The position numbers and the translations under genes were made by a program. A stretch of DNA of 64,000 nt, taken from NCBI GenBank assembly GCA_012295275.1, contig CM022665.1, forward strand, positions 16,802,001 through 16,866,000. Reading direction: 5' to 3'. The notes beneath the pieces are model-generated. The model did no database searches. It had not been told where the DNA came from and saw only the letters and a program-made list of their open reading frames with translations. Origin of the DNA: Chrysomallon squamiferum (Eukaryota > Animalia > Mollusca). This document shows positions 52,211 through 64,000 of the stretch, piece after piece; position 1 is the first letter of the stretch, and every line of letters starts with the position of its first letter.

Positions 52211-53878
52211 AGAAGAAGAAGAAAAAAAAAAACAAAAAAAAAAAAAACAACAACAATTAACAGCACACATTTTACATTGACCCATCTTACGATACTTATG
52301 TAGGTATTAAGTTTCAGAAATAGGGGAAACTATTTTGCCTTTAAAACCTTTCTTTTTAAGCTTCAAAATCTTGTCGTGGTGAAAGAGAGAAGATACCTCG
52401 ATGTTACATCTCCAAATCCTTGCAGGTGTCATTTGTAAAGGCGAGGCGACCTGAGCAAATTTGAAATTAATCACAAGGTATCTTGATACGTTGTCTACAA
52501 AACGCGCAGCGCCATGTTTGTTTACTGAACTGACAATTGATCCGGTACACGTCTTTCACTGCTGCACGTTCCCGGAATAACAGACACATGTGTTGCGTTC
52601 CACATGGTACAAATAATAATTATTATTTTTTGTAGATTTGTTAAAAAGATACACGGAACGGAATTAGTTGACATGTAGCTTTTAGAAAGATTAATGACTG
52701 TTTCACTGACCAAACTATTTAATACGTAACAAAACAACAAACAAAAGCAATCCCCGCTTATGCACAATCTCACACACACACGCAGCCACACACCAAAACA
52801 AAAAAAATAGAATAAAAATTAAAATCCTAGCTTCATTTATATACAATTACACATACAAAGTATAATTTTTTATATTTATATAAATAAATGCAGAAGCAAC
52901 AATAGCAAAGATGATGATGATGGATGATGATAATGATGGTGATCAATTGGATATCATTTTTTCAGATATATATATTTTTTACAGACACTAATTTTAAAAT
53001 AGGCGCCTTTAAATTTAATGAATATTAATTTATTAATGACAAGCTTACTTCCATCCGTCTGAATTTAATGTGTGAAAACTCTTGACTTCTGTTAATACTA
53101 ATAATGACATTCGTGTTGCGGCATTTATTACAACTTATTATCACGTGATCATATTGCGGTATTGATCACGTGATAACGTCGCAGCATTCAGCAGGTGATG
53201 TACATTACGCTTGATTGGAAGCGAAATACTGATGTGAAGCGAAGATTAGAGTGCCAAACACATGTAAACAGTTTAATTAGGATAATTTCACAGAAAATTG
53301 AACACTGGAGAGGTTCCCCGCGCAGGCAACAAAAGGGTGAGGGACTCACTGTCGCCGAATGTTTCCCTTTCCAAATGAAGCATCATGGCCGGTTCAAGCC
53401 AAGTGGCCATTGTTTGAAAGGGAGGTAATCACCGAACGCCTCCTTTCTTGTTTTCCACCTGAGGGAGTGTGAAAACTGTTTACCTTCCATCTATACAATG
53501 TATGTTTGAGCGACGCCAATTGACACCTCGGGGACAAGTGGTGTAATATATCAAAATACTGTATGGGAACAAGCAGTAGTGTTTTAGGCGATGTGAACTC
53601 CGATAAAAAGATTTATTTGCAGATTATGATTCAATTGTGAGTTAATCAGATACCGAGACGTCATCCCATGGTAACATGCAGACGGCAGTGATGACGTGGC
53701 GGCTTACGTTGACACGAATATAAATATATATATACTAATATCTAAACATATTTAAATTAAATTATTGCACGATTAATTTGATGATTGCATATAGGTAGCG
53801 AGAAAGATGCATATATAGATAGATATATACCTACATATGTACATATAATTGATAGATAGGTACGAACAGTCATCCATG

Positions 53879-53929
<51 letters not shown>

Positions 53930-56105
53930 ACTGACATACAACCTTTTATTCTGACCTAGAATATTAATAAATACATGACATACCAAAACTTGTATATGTT
54001 AATATGTGTACGTATGTGTAACTTTGATTGTTTTACGTATATGACTGTGTGAATACGCACGCACATAAAAAGTAATAGAAATAATAAGATAGGCATTATA
54101 CAGCAGACCTCGGGACGTGAATATCAGCTACTGGCAGCTAAAATAATTATAAAAGGAGAGATATATATATATATATATATAAGAGTTAATACTAAATGCG
54201 CTCCACGATGGTGTTAAACAGACATGTTGTCAGTTTACTTAACAGAACAGTTATCAGAGAATACGCAATAAAATATTAAGTGGGAGGAAGAATACTGTCA
54301 AGGATGTATACATATATATATATATACACACAATATTACATTACGTTATGTTATATTATATTATATTAATATCTGAATTCGCATTTAGTAGCAGGCTATT
54401 ACGAAACACTGGTGAAATGTCTGAATAAAAAAAAATTGGTGTTTCTAACACTGTGTAATATTTTGTTTATATTTCAAAGCATCGTGCAATTACATGCACG
54501 GGTTTCGTTCAAACTGACATCTGCTGTTCTTTCTAAGCACGATTAAATGAATGTGGATACTAAATATTTAGTATACATCTGCCAACAACAACATCTCGGC
54601 ACCCCATACACATCATCTCAACGCATGCATGATGACGAATAATCAGGGTTGAATGTATGTGCCAGAATGGCGCTTATTAATAACAATTATGTGTTTTCCG
54701 AAACTGCTGGCGGTCTTGGCTTTGGTCTTTTCAAACCCAAACTCCCCTTTTCAAGTCAATTCGGCGATTAAAGGGTTATATAAATACTATTTCCCATGTA
54801 AACACCAAACATCCGTACCATATAATTTGTTCGATGTTTGCATTACATTCTGTGACTTGAAAAACTAACATTATCAATTGTTGGAGTAAGACGTACCCTG
54901 TGGTGTTAAACATAGCGAGATGGGCCAAACACAGAACGTCAAGAACGAATTGGAAAGCGAGTAGTAACCCTCTTAAGAAAAGAGCCTTTAGAAACTTAGT
55001 TTTTCCTTTAAGAAGTCATCATTTGTTTAAATCTTTGTTGTGTTTTGTTTGGGTAAGTGTTTGTAAACTCGGTTACACATAGCAAATTGGTGAGAGACAC
55101 AGCGGAAACTCGATAGCGCGGGTTTGTACTGTCAAACTTAATTTGTTTCGGGTTGGTTCTCTCTCAGTGGGGTTACGCCGCTGACGAATGACCCTAAGCT
55201 ATGTTCATTTCAGCAGTGACACCGAGCATGAAACGCGAACTGTTTAACGTTGTACCAGCAGCTCTGCACCCCTGCCGACAGATGTCGCTTCAGAGATGAT
55301 GATCGCATTCTCATATAGTTCCTGTCTGTTTGATACCCATCACTCTAACACTCCCGTTTCAGAGTTATAACATTTTATATGATGATGATGATAATGATTA
55401 TTATTATTATTATTATTATTATTAGTGTTGTTGTCGTTGTTATTGTTGTTGTCTGTTGATATTATTATTAGTAATTGCAGCAGTAGTTGTAGCAGCTGCA
55501 GGAGAAGTGGCAGTAGCAGCAGCAGCTGCTGTACATATACAAACATGAATGTAAAAAATATATATATATCTATAAGAAAAATGATATAGAAACAAATATT
55601 CCACAGATTATGCTAATCCCTGGTATTCGCATGTTTTTCTCTTTGGGAAGCAGGGTGTGTGGAGACCACTCCCCTCGCCCCTGCAGCTGTGTCACTGAAT
55701 GGAAGGTCACACCCAACAAACATTTCTCATTCAGCTAGTTTTCTCTCTGCTCCGATACTTACAAGATAAGGTTGTATGTTTGTTTATTTGGTGTCGTTAT
55801 CAACGCGACAGAGATACCTTTGATTCGTGCACGTTTTATGGCGGCCTGCATCAATGTACGTGATACATTTGTAGCAAGACAGATGAAAACTCGACCCATG
55901 GAATGGGAAACATTTTGAAAACAAATTAACATCTTCCGATTTGCCAAACACGGGTGAAAATTCGCTTTGCCACCCGAATACCAAAGATGTTTTCACTAAT
56001 GTCGCTTTCTCTTCTTCTTCTTTTTCTTGACGAATCGTGAATAGAATTTTTTTTTTTTTTTTTTTTTTTTTTGATGGGGTGTTTTTTTTTCTATTTTTTT
56101 TTATT

Positions 56106-56137
<32 letters not shown>

Positions 56138-56899
56138 CTTCTTGTTTGGAATGATAGTATGCTGTAAATAAAAGGAGCTGACCACGATGCTAAAAAGGAC
56201 TGAGATACACACAAATAAACGTGTTTATTTTTAAGTGGTCTTAAGGTTAATGAAATAATTTAATTAGTTAATTAAAGAAGGTAATATAACAAGTTGTTCT
56301 ACTGAATGAAAATAACGTAGGTGATACTTTTTGAGGCTGAAAACGAATTTGTTTTTCGCTACTGATTTCAAATCCTTATTCTTGTCGCCGGTGGAGGAAT
56401 AAATGTTGCTTTATCACCATTATCATCATCATTGTTGCTGTTGTTATTAAATTATTAATGTTAGTCTAATCTTATTTCGACAGACAAGCGCTCCCAGTAG
56501 ATGGGATGCACTGTGATAATTATTTAATTTACAGACAGCAACATCAACCACTGAAATAACCATCGGAAGAAAACCCATTGTTAGGCGTGATCATCATCTT
56601 TTTAAAACCCCATTTTGATAAAAATAACTAACTCTAAATAACATTATATAATTCGATTTGTGTTAGAAGAATGAAATAAATAAATAAATAAATAAATTAT
56701 TAATTAATTTATTTTTTTATTTTATTTTATTTTATTTTATTTTATTTTATTTTATTTTATTTTATTTTATTTTATATCATTTTACTTTATTTTATTTTAT
56801 AATTTGTTTCATGTTAATTCATATACTTTATTTATCTATACATTTTATTTTATTTATTTATTCACATTTTTGTTTAATAAACGAACACAGTCATTTACT

Positions 56900-57390
56900 A
56901 ATGTGGATCTATGAACTTTCTGGGGTTGGCAGGCTGTACGTATGATTTTCTTAGATTACAGTACAGAGAAGAATGTATTACAGATATATAATAACAAAAT
57001 CAAAATGCTCATGCGTGGAAGTTTAACGTGGAGGACATACTCTCTCACATATAGTTCTTATTAACAAACATACCTTTCTTCAGTTTGATTTTTTCATATT
57101 TGTAGATAGTGATCATGTAACATTTTGGATATCGTTTCACGTAACCACTTAACATTATCAATATTGTGAAATGTCGTCCATATATTTGTTAAACCACATT
57201 CATCTAAAATATTTTTTACAAAATTGTTCCAAGGAGAATCGATAACATGCATTAAATAATATAGTTGTGAGAAAATCTTGTTTGGGATTTTGAAAATTAG
57301 GTTCGCCCAAAAGGTTATCATTCTTACTTTTATGCAAATACACAGGGGATACCGTCCTAGTTCACTAAGAGTACTGACTTTGATGCTATC
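56900..57390 (-). mobile_element. Truncated LINE fragment (ORF2 region downstream of the RT domain; CR1/L2-group-like)
   Basis: ORF 57094-57453 contains ELGRYPLCICIKVRMITFWANL...NKIFSQLYYLM...PWNNFVKNILDECGLTNIW...WLRETISKMLHDHYLQ, a pattern typical of the post-RT region of invertebrate non-LTR retrotransposons. It is interrupted by stops, and the RT core is absent. Confidence 0.75.
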
Positions 57391-57682
57391 ACGTGACACA
57401 GCATACTGGAACAGACAGTAAAATAGTAAAGTATCTAAAATAAATAATAACAATTTATTACTACCATTACCATATCTACTACTACAACGACTGCTGCTTC
57501 TTCCCCTACTACTACTACTGCTATTACTGACACCATACCAACTACTACTCCTACTATCACTACTACTTCTATTACTATTATTCTATTACTACTACTACTA
57601 TCACTTCAACAACTACTACCACTACCACTGCTACTACTTTTATGCTACTACTACTAGTATTATAGTATTAGTCTAGATTATT

Positions 57683-57762
57683 CTTTGAAACAAACATTAC
57701 TTTGAAACAAACATCGCTTTGAAACAAACATCGCTTTGAAACAAATATCGCTTTGAAACAAT
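57683..57762. repeat. 17-bp tandem repeat, about 5 copies (CTTTGAAACAAACATCG)
   Basis: CTTTGAAACAA starts at 57683, 57700, 57717, 57734 and 57751. Confidence 0.95.
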
Positions 57763-58175
57763 AATCTTTTCATCTGTTTCGTAAATGAAATACCTGTCAC
57801 GTGTTTATCTTCAACATAGTTAATTTACCTTCTCTTGTTTTATCAGCCACTAACTCGCTCCGTCGAACTCCCGTACACTACACTGGAAATGTTAACTGCT
57901 CCTCTATTTAAAATAATTGTTTCTAATCTTTGACAAACTCCGTCTGTTTCTGCTACAGAACAGTATTCATATATGCCGTATATAATTTAGATATGTGTAT
58001 TTCTGTGTTGTCTGTGTGTCTGTGTACTTGTAAATGTATGTAAATATTGTAAATGTTTGTAGTAGTCATACGATACCTGGGCGAAAAATAACACTTAAGA
58101 AAAACAAAAACTAACAAAAGATAAAAGATAAACATCGAAGAATTTACTTTCCAGTTTGTTAATACATAAATACAT

Positions 58176-58206
<31 letters not shown>

Positions 58207-58358
58207 TCTGTGTGTGTTTGTGTGTCTACCTATATATAGAAATATACATACACACATACATACAAACACACACAAATATATAAACATACATACATACACA
58301 CATGAACACATACATAAATACACACAAACGCAAGCACGCACGCACACACATACATACG

Positions 58359-58403
<45 letters not shown>

Positions 58404-58463
58404 CCACACACACATAAGGTTGTCTTGGTGGCCGAACGTTAAGGTCATCAGTGGCAATTGACA

Positions 58464-58574
58464 GGTTTGTGAGGTCGTGATTGGACTTTGTCCTCCTGCG
58501 CCAGTGCGTTCCCAAATATTGTCTATGTGCAGAGTATATTCAGACGTAGAGAATATTCAAAATCCTAAAATACA
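58464..58574 (+). repeat. Left arm of a ~110-120-bp inverted repeat (partner 61014-61132)
   Basis: Contains a 67-bp stretch (TGATTGGACTTTGTCC...GAGTATATTCAGA) exactly reverse-complementary to 61052-61118, plus AGAGAATATTCAAA(A)TCCTAAAATACA. Confidence 0.93.
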
Positions 58575-61013
58575 GAAAAAGTAATGAAACTTCTGAATAT
58601 TTGTACACGAAATAAAATACGTTGCTATTTTAATTATTCTTAATTATCATTTAAAAATAACACGCTAACAAGACATCGGATGTATTGTGCTAAACGTTCA
58701 TTTAATTACAACCTGACGACATTGGAGTGTCTCTTTAGTTTGGTAAGTTTGCCTCTTATTGGTAAATTGTTGGCACGCGATCGTGGCTAGACGACTAGGA
58801 AACAAATTATCGCCCTTGGTACTCCACCAGGACGGAGCAGGCGACAAAGACGGGAGGAGTCTGTCGCACGTGTCACTTCTACATGACTTATTATCAGACG
58901 ACAAGACAACGGTGCCAAACACGTAGCAACATTAATAATTCTAATAGACATAATTACACGAGCGCACCAGTCTGGAGGAAACTACGCCACCAACAAAGAG
59001 GCGTTGGCCAAGGTTGCCGCAGAAATGTTTTCTTTCTTGCTAACGAGACAGAGTGAAAGAGGCAGACGCATGTGCATTGCGTTTTGATAGAGGAATAAAT
59101 ACTTATCCTGAAAATGTTGAGTGGATCAGCCCCATCTCACCACCTGCGGAGACAGTGGCGCGTGAGAAAAAGCTTTGTTGGCCAAATCGAATCTGATCAA
59201 ACGACACTTTCGTTAAGCTTTGTTTCTGATTGACTGATGTACATAATTATCGTTGTTGTTGTTGTTGTTGTTACTACAATTGTTGTTGTTGTGGTTGTGG
59301 TTGTTGCTGTTGTTGTAACTTGGACAGTTTTCAAATTATTATGATAATATGCAAATTATACACGCACACATTATCACACACACACACACACACACGTATA
59401 TATTTGTTTTATTATATATTGCATTGAATTCATTATATAACTTTATATATCAGAGTACTGTATTATACGGTGTTTTACTGCATCTCACTGTAAATAAACA
59501 AATAAATAGACAGATAATAGCGACGTAGCTGACTCGTTCATTTCAACAGTCATTACAGACACAGACTACAGGTTTACGTTTTTTCTTTCTCAAAACTGCC
59601 AACGGAATCCCGCACATGTAAATAAACAAACTTCACGAACAAAATACTAGTGGCCGCTAACCCTCAATTTGTAAATCTTTGTTGTGTTAAAACTTGGAAA
59701 ACAGAGAAAAAAGAAAAAAAAAAGAAAAAAAGAATAAAAGAAAGAAAAAAAAAAAAAAAAAAAAAAAAAGATGAAATACAGCCTTTCCCTCCCTTTTCTT
59801 TTCTGATGAGAAGAGGTTTAATGGCAGCTACCCGGGGTGTCTTAAAAATCGCTACAGGGCGGAGTAACCTCGTGAAGTGGCCGACCAAGCGTATACAATC
59901 ACCATTGATAAAGTTTTAAATGATTATTTGAAGAATCTTTGTTATTTTCTCTTAAACTACGTGTTTGTAAACTAAATCAAACTGCCCAAATTGCCAGGTT
60001 TGCCTCTGTAATTGGTAAGAAATGACTACAACTGTCGAGGGTAATATCGCACGCGAGTGGCCACGGTGAAAAGACCTCGCTGTTTGAAAACCAAATCGAG
60101 AGAACGACGTGCATTTAAGTGTGCGGTTAAGCGAAAGACAACTAGTCACCGTGCCTCCGACTAAGAAAAAGAAAATGACAGAAACGAAATAAGATATTTT
60201 GCTGTGTTTTCACTTCGGAAACGATAAACAGTTGTGCTGGCTTTATTGTTCAATAACACAATAATATAAAGCACAATAAACACAGTATTTGTCAACAGAG
60301 CGCACCATTTTTTAATTTATTTGTTTAAGCCATGATAAACGATAAATTATGGCGACATTTTGTTTGCGTTAATTTTTGTTTTTAAAAAAAAAAAATTTAA
60401 AATGTAATTGTTTTTTTTCTTATAGCAAACTGTTATTTATTTTACTTTTTTCAAGTATTTATTTTATTTTATTTTATTTGTTTTTACATTTTATTTTACT
60501 TGTTTTTCAGTTTATTATTGTTATGTATTTAAAACCTTTCATATTTTCCTTATTTACAGGAATTGTCGTATCGACACAGAATAATAAATAAAACTGTGAA
60601 TTCAGTCTGTTGTTGTTATGACAACAGAAGACTATTTTGAAAAAGAAGTACGTGATTCTGATCCACCTTTTTTTTTTTTTTGTAATTTAATTTTATGTCC
60701 TGTTACTAAAATTTATTTAATTTGCATCTAATATTAATTTTAATTTGCTTTAAAAAACCTGTACTATTTATGTATTTAATGTAACTTGTATATGTGTATT
60801 TAATCTTGTTCTACATCATTATACAAAACAAAAGAGTCAGTTTACAAACTTATGTAAAAAAAAAAACACAAAAAGAAAAAAAAAAAAAAAAAAAAAAAAA
60901 AAAGAAGGAAACAGCAAGAACAACATCAGTTTTATTTAATTTTTTTGAACGTATGTTTACATATTTATGCATATGCATGCATGTTTTTATGTATGTACAC
61001 GTATATATATGTA

Positions 61014-61132
61014 TGTATTTTAGGATTTGAATATTCTCTGTCTTATACACTTCTGAATATACTCTGCACATAGACAATATTTGGGAACGCACTGGCGCAG
61101 GAGGACAAAGTCCAATCATGACATCACAAACC
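61014..61132 (-). repeat. Right arm of the inverted repeat (partner 58464-58574)
   Basis: Reverse complement of the left arm, with one small indel block and a few substitutions. Confidence 0.93.
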
Positions 61133-61213
61133 CCGTCAGATGCCGGATGCGGAAGGTGTTCAATAACCGAGAGTAATCATTGCTTCCCACGAAATACGCT
61201 CTTCTTAGGCACA

Positions 61214-61825
61214 CGTATGTGTGTGTATGTGTGAATGTACGTACGTATGTATGTGTATGTGTGTATGTATGTATGTATGTACGTACGTATGTATGTGTAT
61301 GTGTTATGTATGTATGTACGTATGTATGTGTATGTGTGTATGTATGTATGTATGTACGTACGTGTGTATGTATATGTATGTATGTACGTACGTATGTATG
61401 TGTATGTGTTATGTATGTATGTATGTACGTACGTGTGTATGTATATGTATGTATGTATGTATGTACGTACGTATGTATGTGTATGTATTATGTGTGTATG
61501 TACGTACGTATGTATGTGTATGTGTGTATGTATGTATGTATGTACGTACGTGTGTATGTATATGTATGTATGTACGTACGTATGTATGTGTATGTATTAT
61601 GTGTGTATGTACGTACGTATGTGTATGTGTGTATGTATGTATGTACGTACGTATGAATGTATGTATGTATGTATGTATATATGTATGTATGTACGTACGT
61701 ATGTATGTATGTATGTATGTATGTATGTATGTATATGTATGTATGTATGTATATATGTATGTATGTACAGTATGTAAGTATGCATGTATGTATGAATGTA
61801 TGTATGTACATATGGACGTATATAT
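61214..61825. repeat. Complex (GTAT/GTAC/GT)n satellite with higher-order periodicity
   Basis: About 600 bp of GTAT units punctuated regularly by GTACGTAC and GTGT. It is the source of the spurious MYVC/HTYI ORFs. Confidence 0.95.
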
Positions 61826-62959
61826 GAGTTTTACAAATACGGTTAAGTTGTTCAATGTAATAAAACTATTAAAATACAGTCGTGTTTAACTGAGAAAAAA
61901 CGTACACTGCTCATCTTGCAGTGTTCAATGAAGATGCAGAGAAATGTATTCAACTCTGGTACAGAAAACTGAGATGATGAGAAAACAATTAAAATGTTAG
62001 AATACTGGGATGACTCTTAAACTGTAAGTAATACTGAATGCAGCAAGGATTTTTTAATGACGATTTATTTCATTTTATTTGATTCTTTTGGGCATTATTG
62101 TCTAAATCTGTATCTGAAGTTTACATAATCACATGTTTATATGTTAGGGAACATTCCAGTAATATATATGTTTCTTACTAATATAGTTTAAATACTGAAC
62201 TGATTCGCTGAAAGTGTATTTGGATGTGTGCAGTGTTCACTGTTGTGGCAACATTTAGATTTGTCTATACGTGTATGTTTATTTTTTTATATATATAGAT
62301 ATATGTATGTTTTTGTTCGTACTCTGTGAACTTAGATTTCTACGTTTTGATTTCTCTCTTTCTTCTAACCACTTGCAATACTGCATCAACTTGACCTATC
62401 CATTTTATTTATTATTTTGAATACAAATGATTTTTTTTCTGCCGAAACGTGATGCAACATGGATGTTTTGCACTGGATGGTGGCCCTCGAAATCTTTAAT
62501 TGTGGACAGCTTTGGGTAGAAGCATGGTGAAAGTGCTCTGAAGATTTCCTTTGCTTGCAGCCACTACTAAGCAGCCTCGTTACTTCGTGTCGTCTTGCTG
62601 AAAACAAACACTTTATTCAACGAGACAACTCACAGCCTGGAAATCAGCTATTGTGACATTCTCAAAAAATCATACACGTATTAGTTCACAGGATTAATGA
62701 AATGAAATACCAGTCTTATGGGAAAGATGAATGTCAAGTACACGTATCGATACCGATCGTTTTACCAGTGTATGTATGCGCGCGCGCGCGCGCGCGTGTG
62801 TGTGGGTGGGTCATGAAAACACCAACACACATACACACACACACCTAAATACACAAATACAATCGCATTCATAAATCGTATCTAGTTATCTACATACACA
62901 TACATATGTACCTACCTTCCTACAAACACAAATACACAGATTCAAATACCGACCTGCGT

Positions 62960-63020
<61 letters not shown>

Positions 63021-64000
63021 CAGACGTACCTATCTAGACACAGATACACATTCGTGAACAAATACATACCTACCTACCTTCCTACAAACATATGCACGTT
63101 CATAAATAGGCACCTACCTGTCTACAGTAACAACGAATAACAGTTATTTTAGAATATTTCTGTATTTTCAGGTGAAGCTGCCTTTTAAAAATTGCCATAC
63201 TGTTGTTGCTTAAGTATCGGCATAGATCACATTTTGATCCTGGAGTCAAAATTATTTTTGAGAAAAGGCCTCTTATCCGTGAGTATCACTATTTGTCAAA
63301 ATAAGTATAAAAGGCGTAAAAGTGCGCTTAATATGCGTATTCATTTCGAATATATATATATATATATATATATTCAACGATGTAAAAAAAATATATTAAG
63401 CCGCGACATTTGACTTCAGTATTCCTTTAAATGCAGTTGTTAATTATTATTTAAAGTTAAAAACAGAAGAAAAAAACACAAATACAGACAACAACTACAG
63501 CTTGGGTTATAAGTGACTGACAACAAAAGAAATGTTCAAGTACAAACACACCTTTACGATTTGTCTTCACTTTCAATACAGACAGCGGTGTCCATTATCG
63601 ACTCACTCCACAATGTTGACTCTAAATAGTGAGCTGAAACCACTGTTATCTTCTTCAGTTCTCAACCCTAATTCTCCCCGCCCAACCCCTCGGCTTCAAA
63701 CTTTCTTTACAACAAAACCACCCTGTCCCGTTTATGGACGTCCCCGGGCGAACAGCCATCACTTTTGTTTTTCTCTATGCTACGGTTCCGATGTGATAGC
63801 GATTTACTGGTTTCTCGCTATCAAGTAGGCACAAAAGAAACGAGCCTCAATTAGCAAAACTCTTTGCAATTATTTGTTTCCTTATAATAACCACCTTCAT
63901 CTGCACGACAAAACGAGAAGGAGAATAATTCGCCGAGCGGAAAATGTGAGAGGCGGAAGTCGTCTGCCAAACAAGACGAAACTTTATGATGGCCTCAGCC

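Noticed and set aside
61180-61889. Six overlapping ORFs of 62-222 aa (MYVC/HTYI repeats)
   Set aside because: Artefacts of the (GTAT)n satellite.

Overview
AT-rich, microsatellite-rich, intron-containing animal genomic DNA, most likely a lophotrochozoan such as a gastropod mollusc (inferred from repeat style, not proven). It has two parts. About 1-30.5 kb is a compact, CpG-depleted housekeeping block: the last 14 exons of TARBP1 (tRNA Gm18 2'-O-methyltransferase, +), an 18-finger C2H2 zinc-finger gene with a single coding exon (-), FCF1/UTP24 (8 exons, +, head-to-head with the ZNF gene) and TRMT5 (tRNA m1G37 methyltransferase, 4 exons, +). About 30.6-64 kb is a CpG-retaining, gene-poor domain containing a single-exon FoxG gene (36720-38003, +), motif-dense enhancer-like blocks, microsatellites, decayed SINE and LINE fragments and two long inverted-repeat pairs. 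Nearly all other ORFs in the track are microsatellite or antisense artefacts. No new biological system is proven from sequence alone. The best leads are a TRMT5 layout suggesting switchable mitochondrial versus nuclear targeting, a duplicated 7-finger block in the ZNF with a palindrome-bearing repeat in its 3' UTR, a miR-8/200 site inside a stem in the FoxG 3' UTR, a 5x TCF/Fox tandem array, and an inverted-repeat-flanked 2.4-kb enhancer-like cassette.
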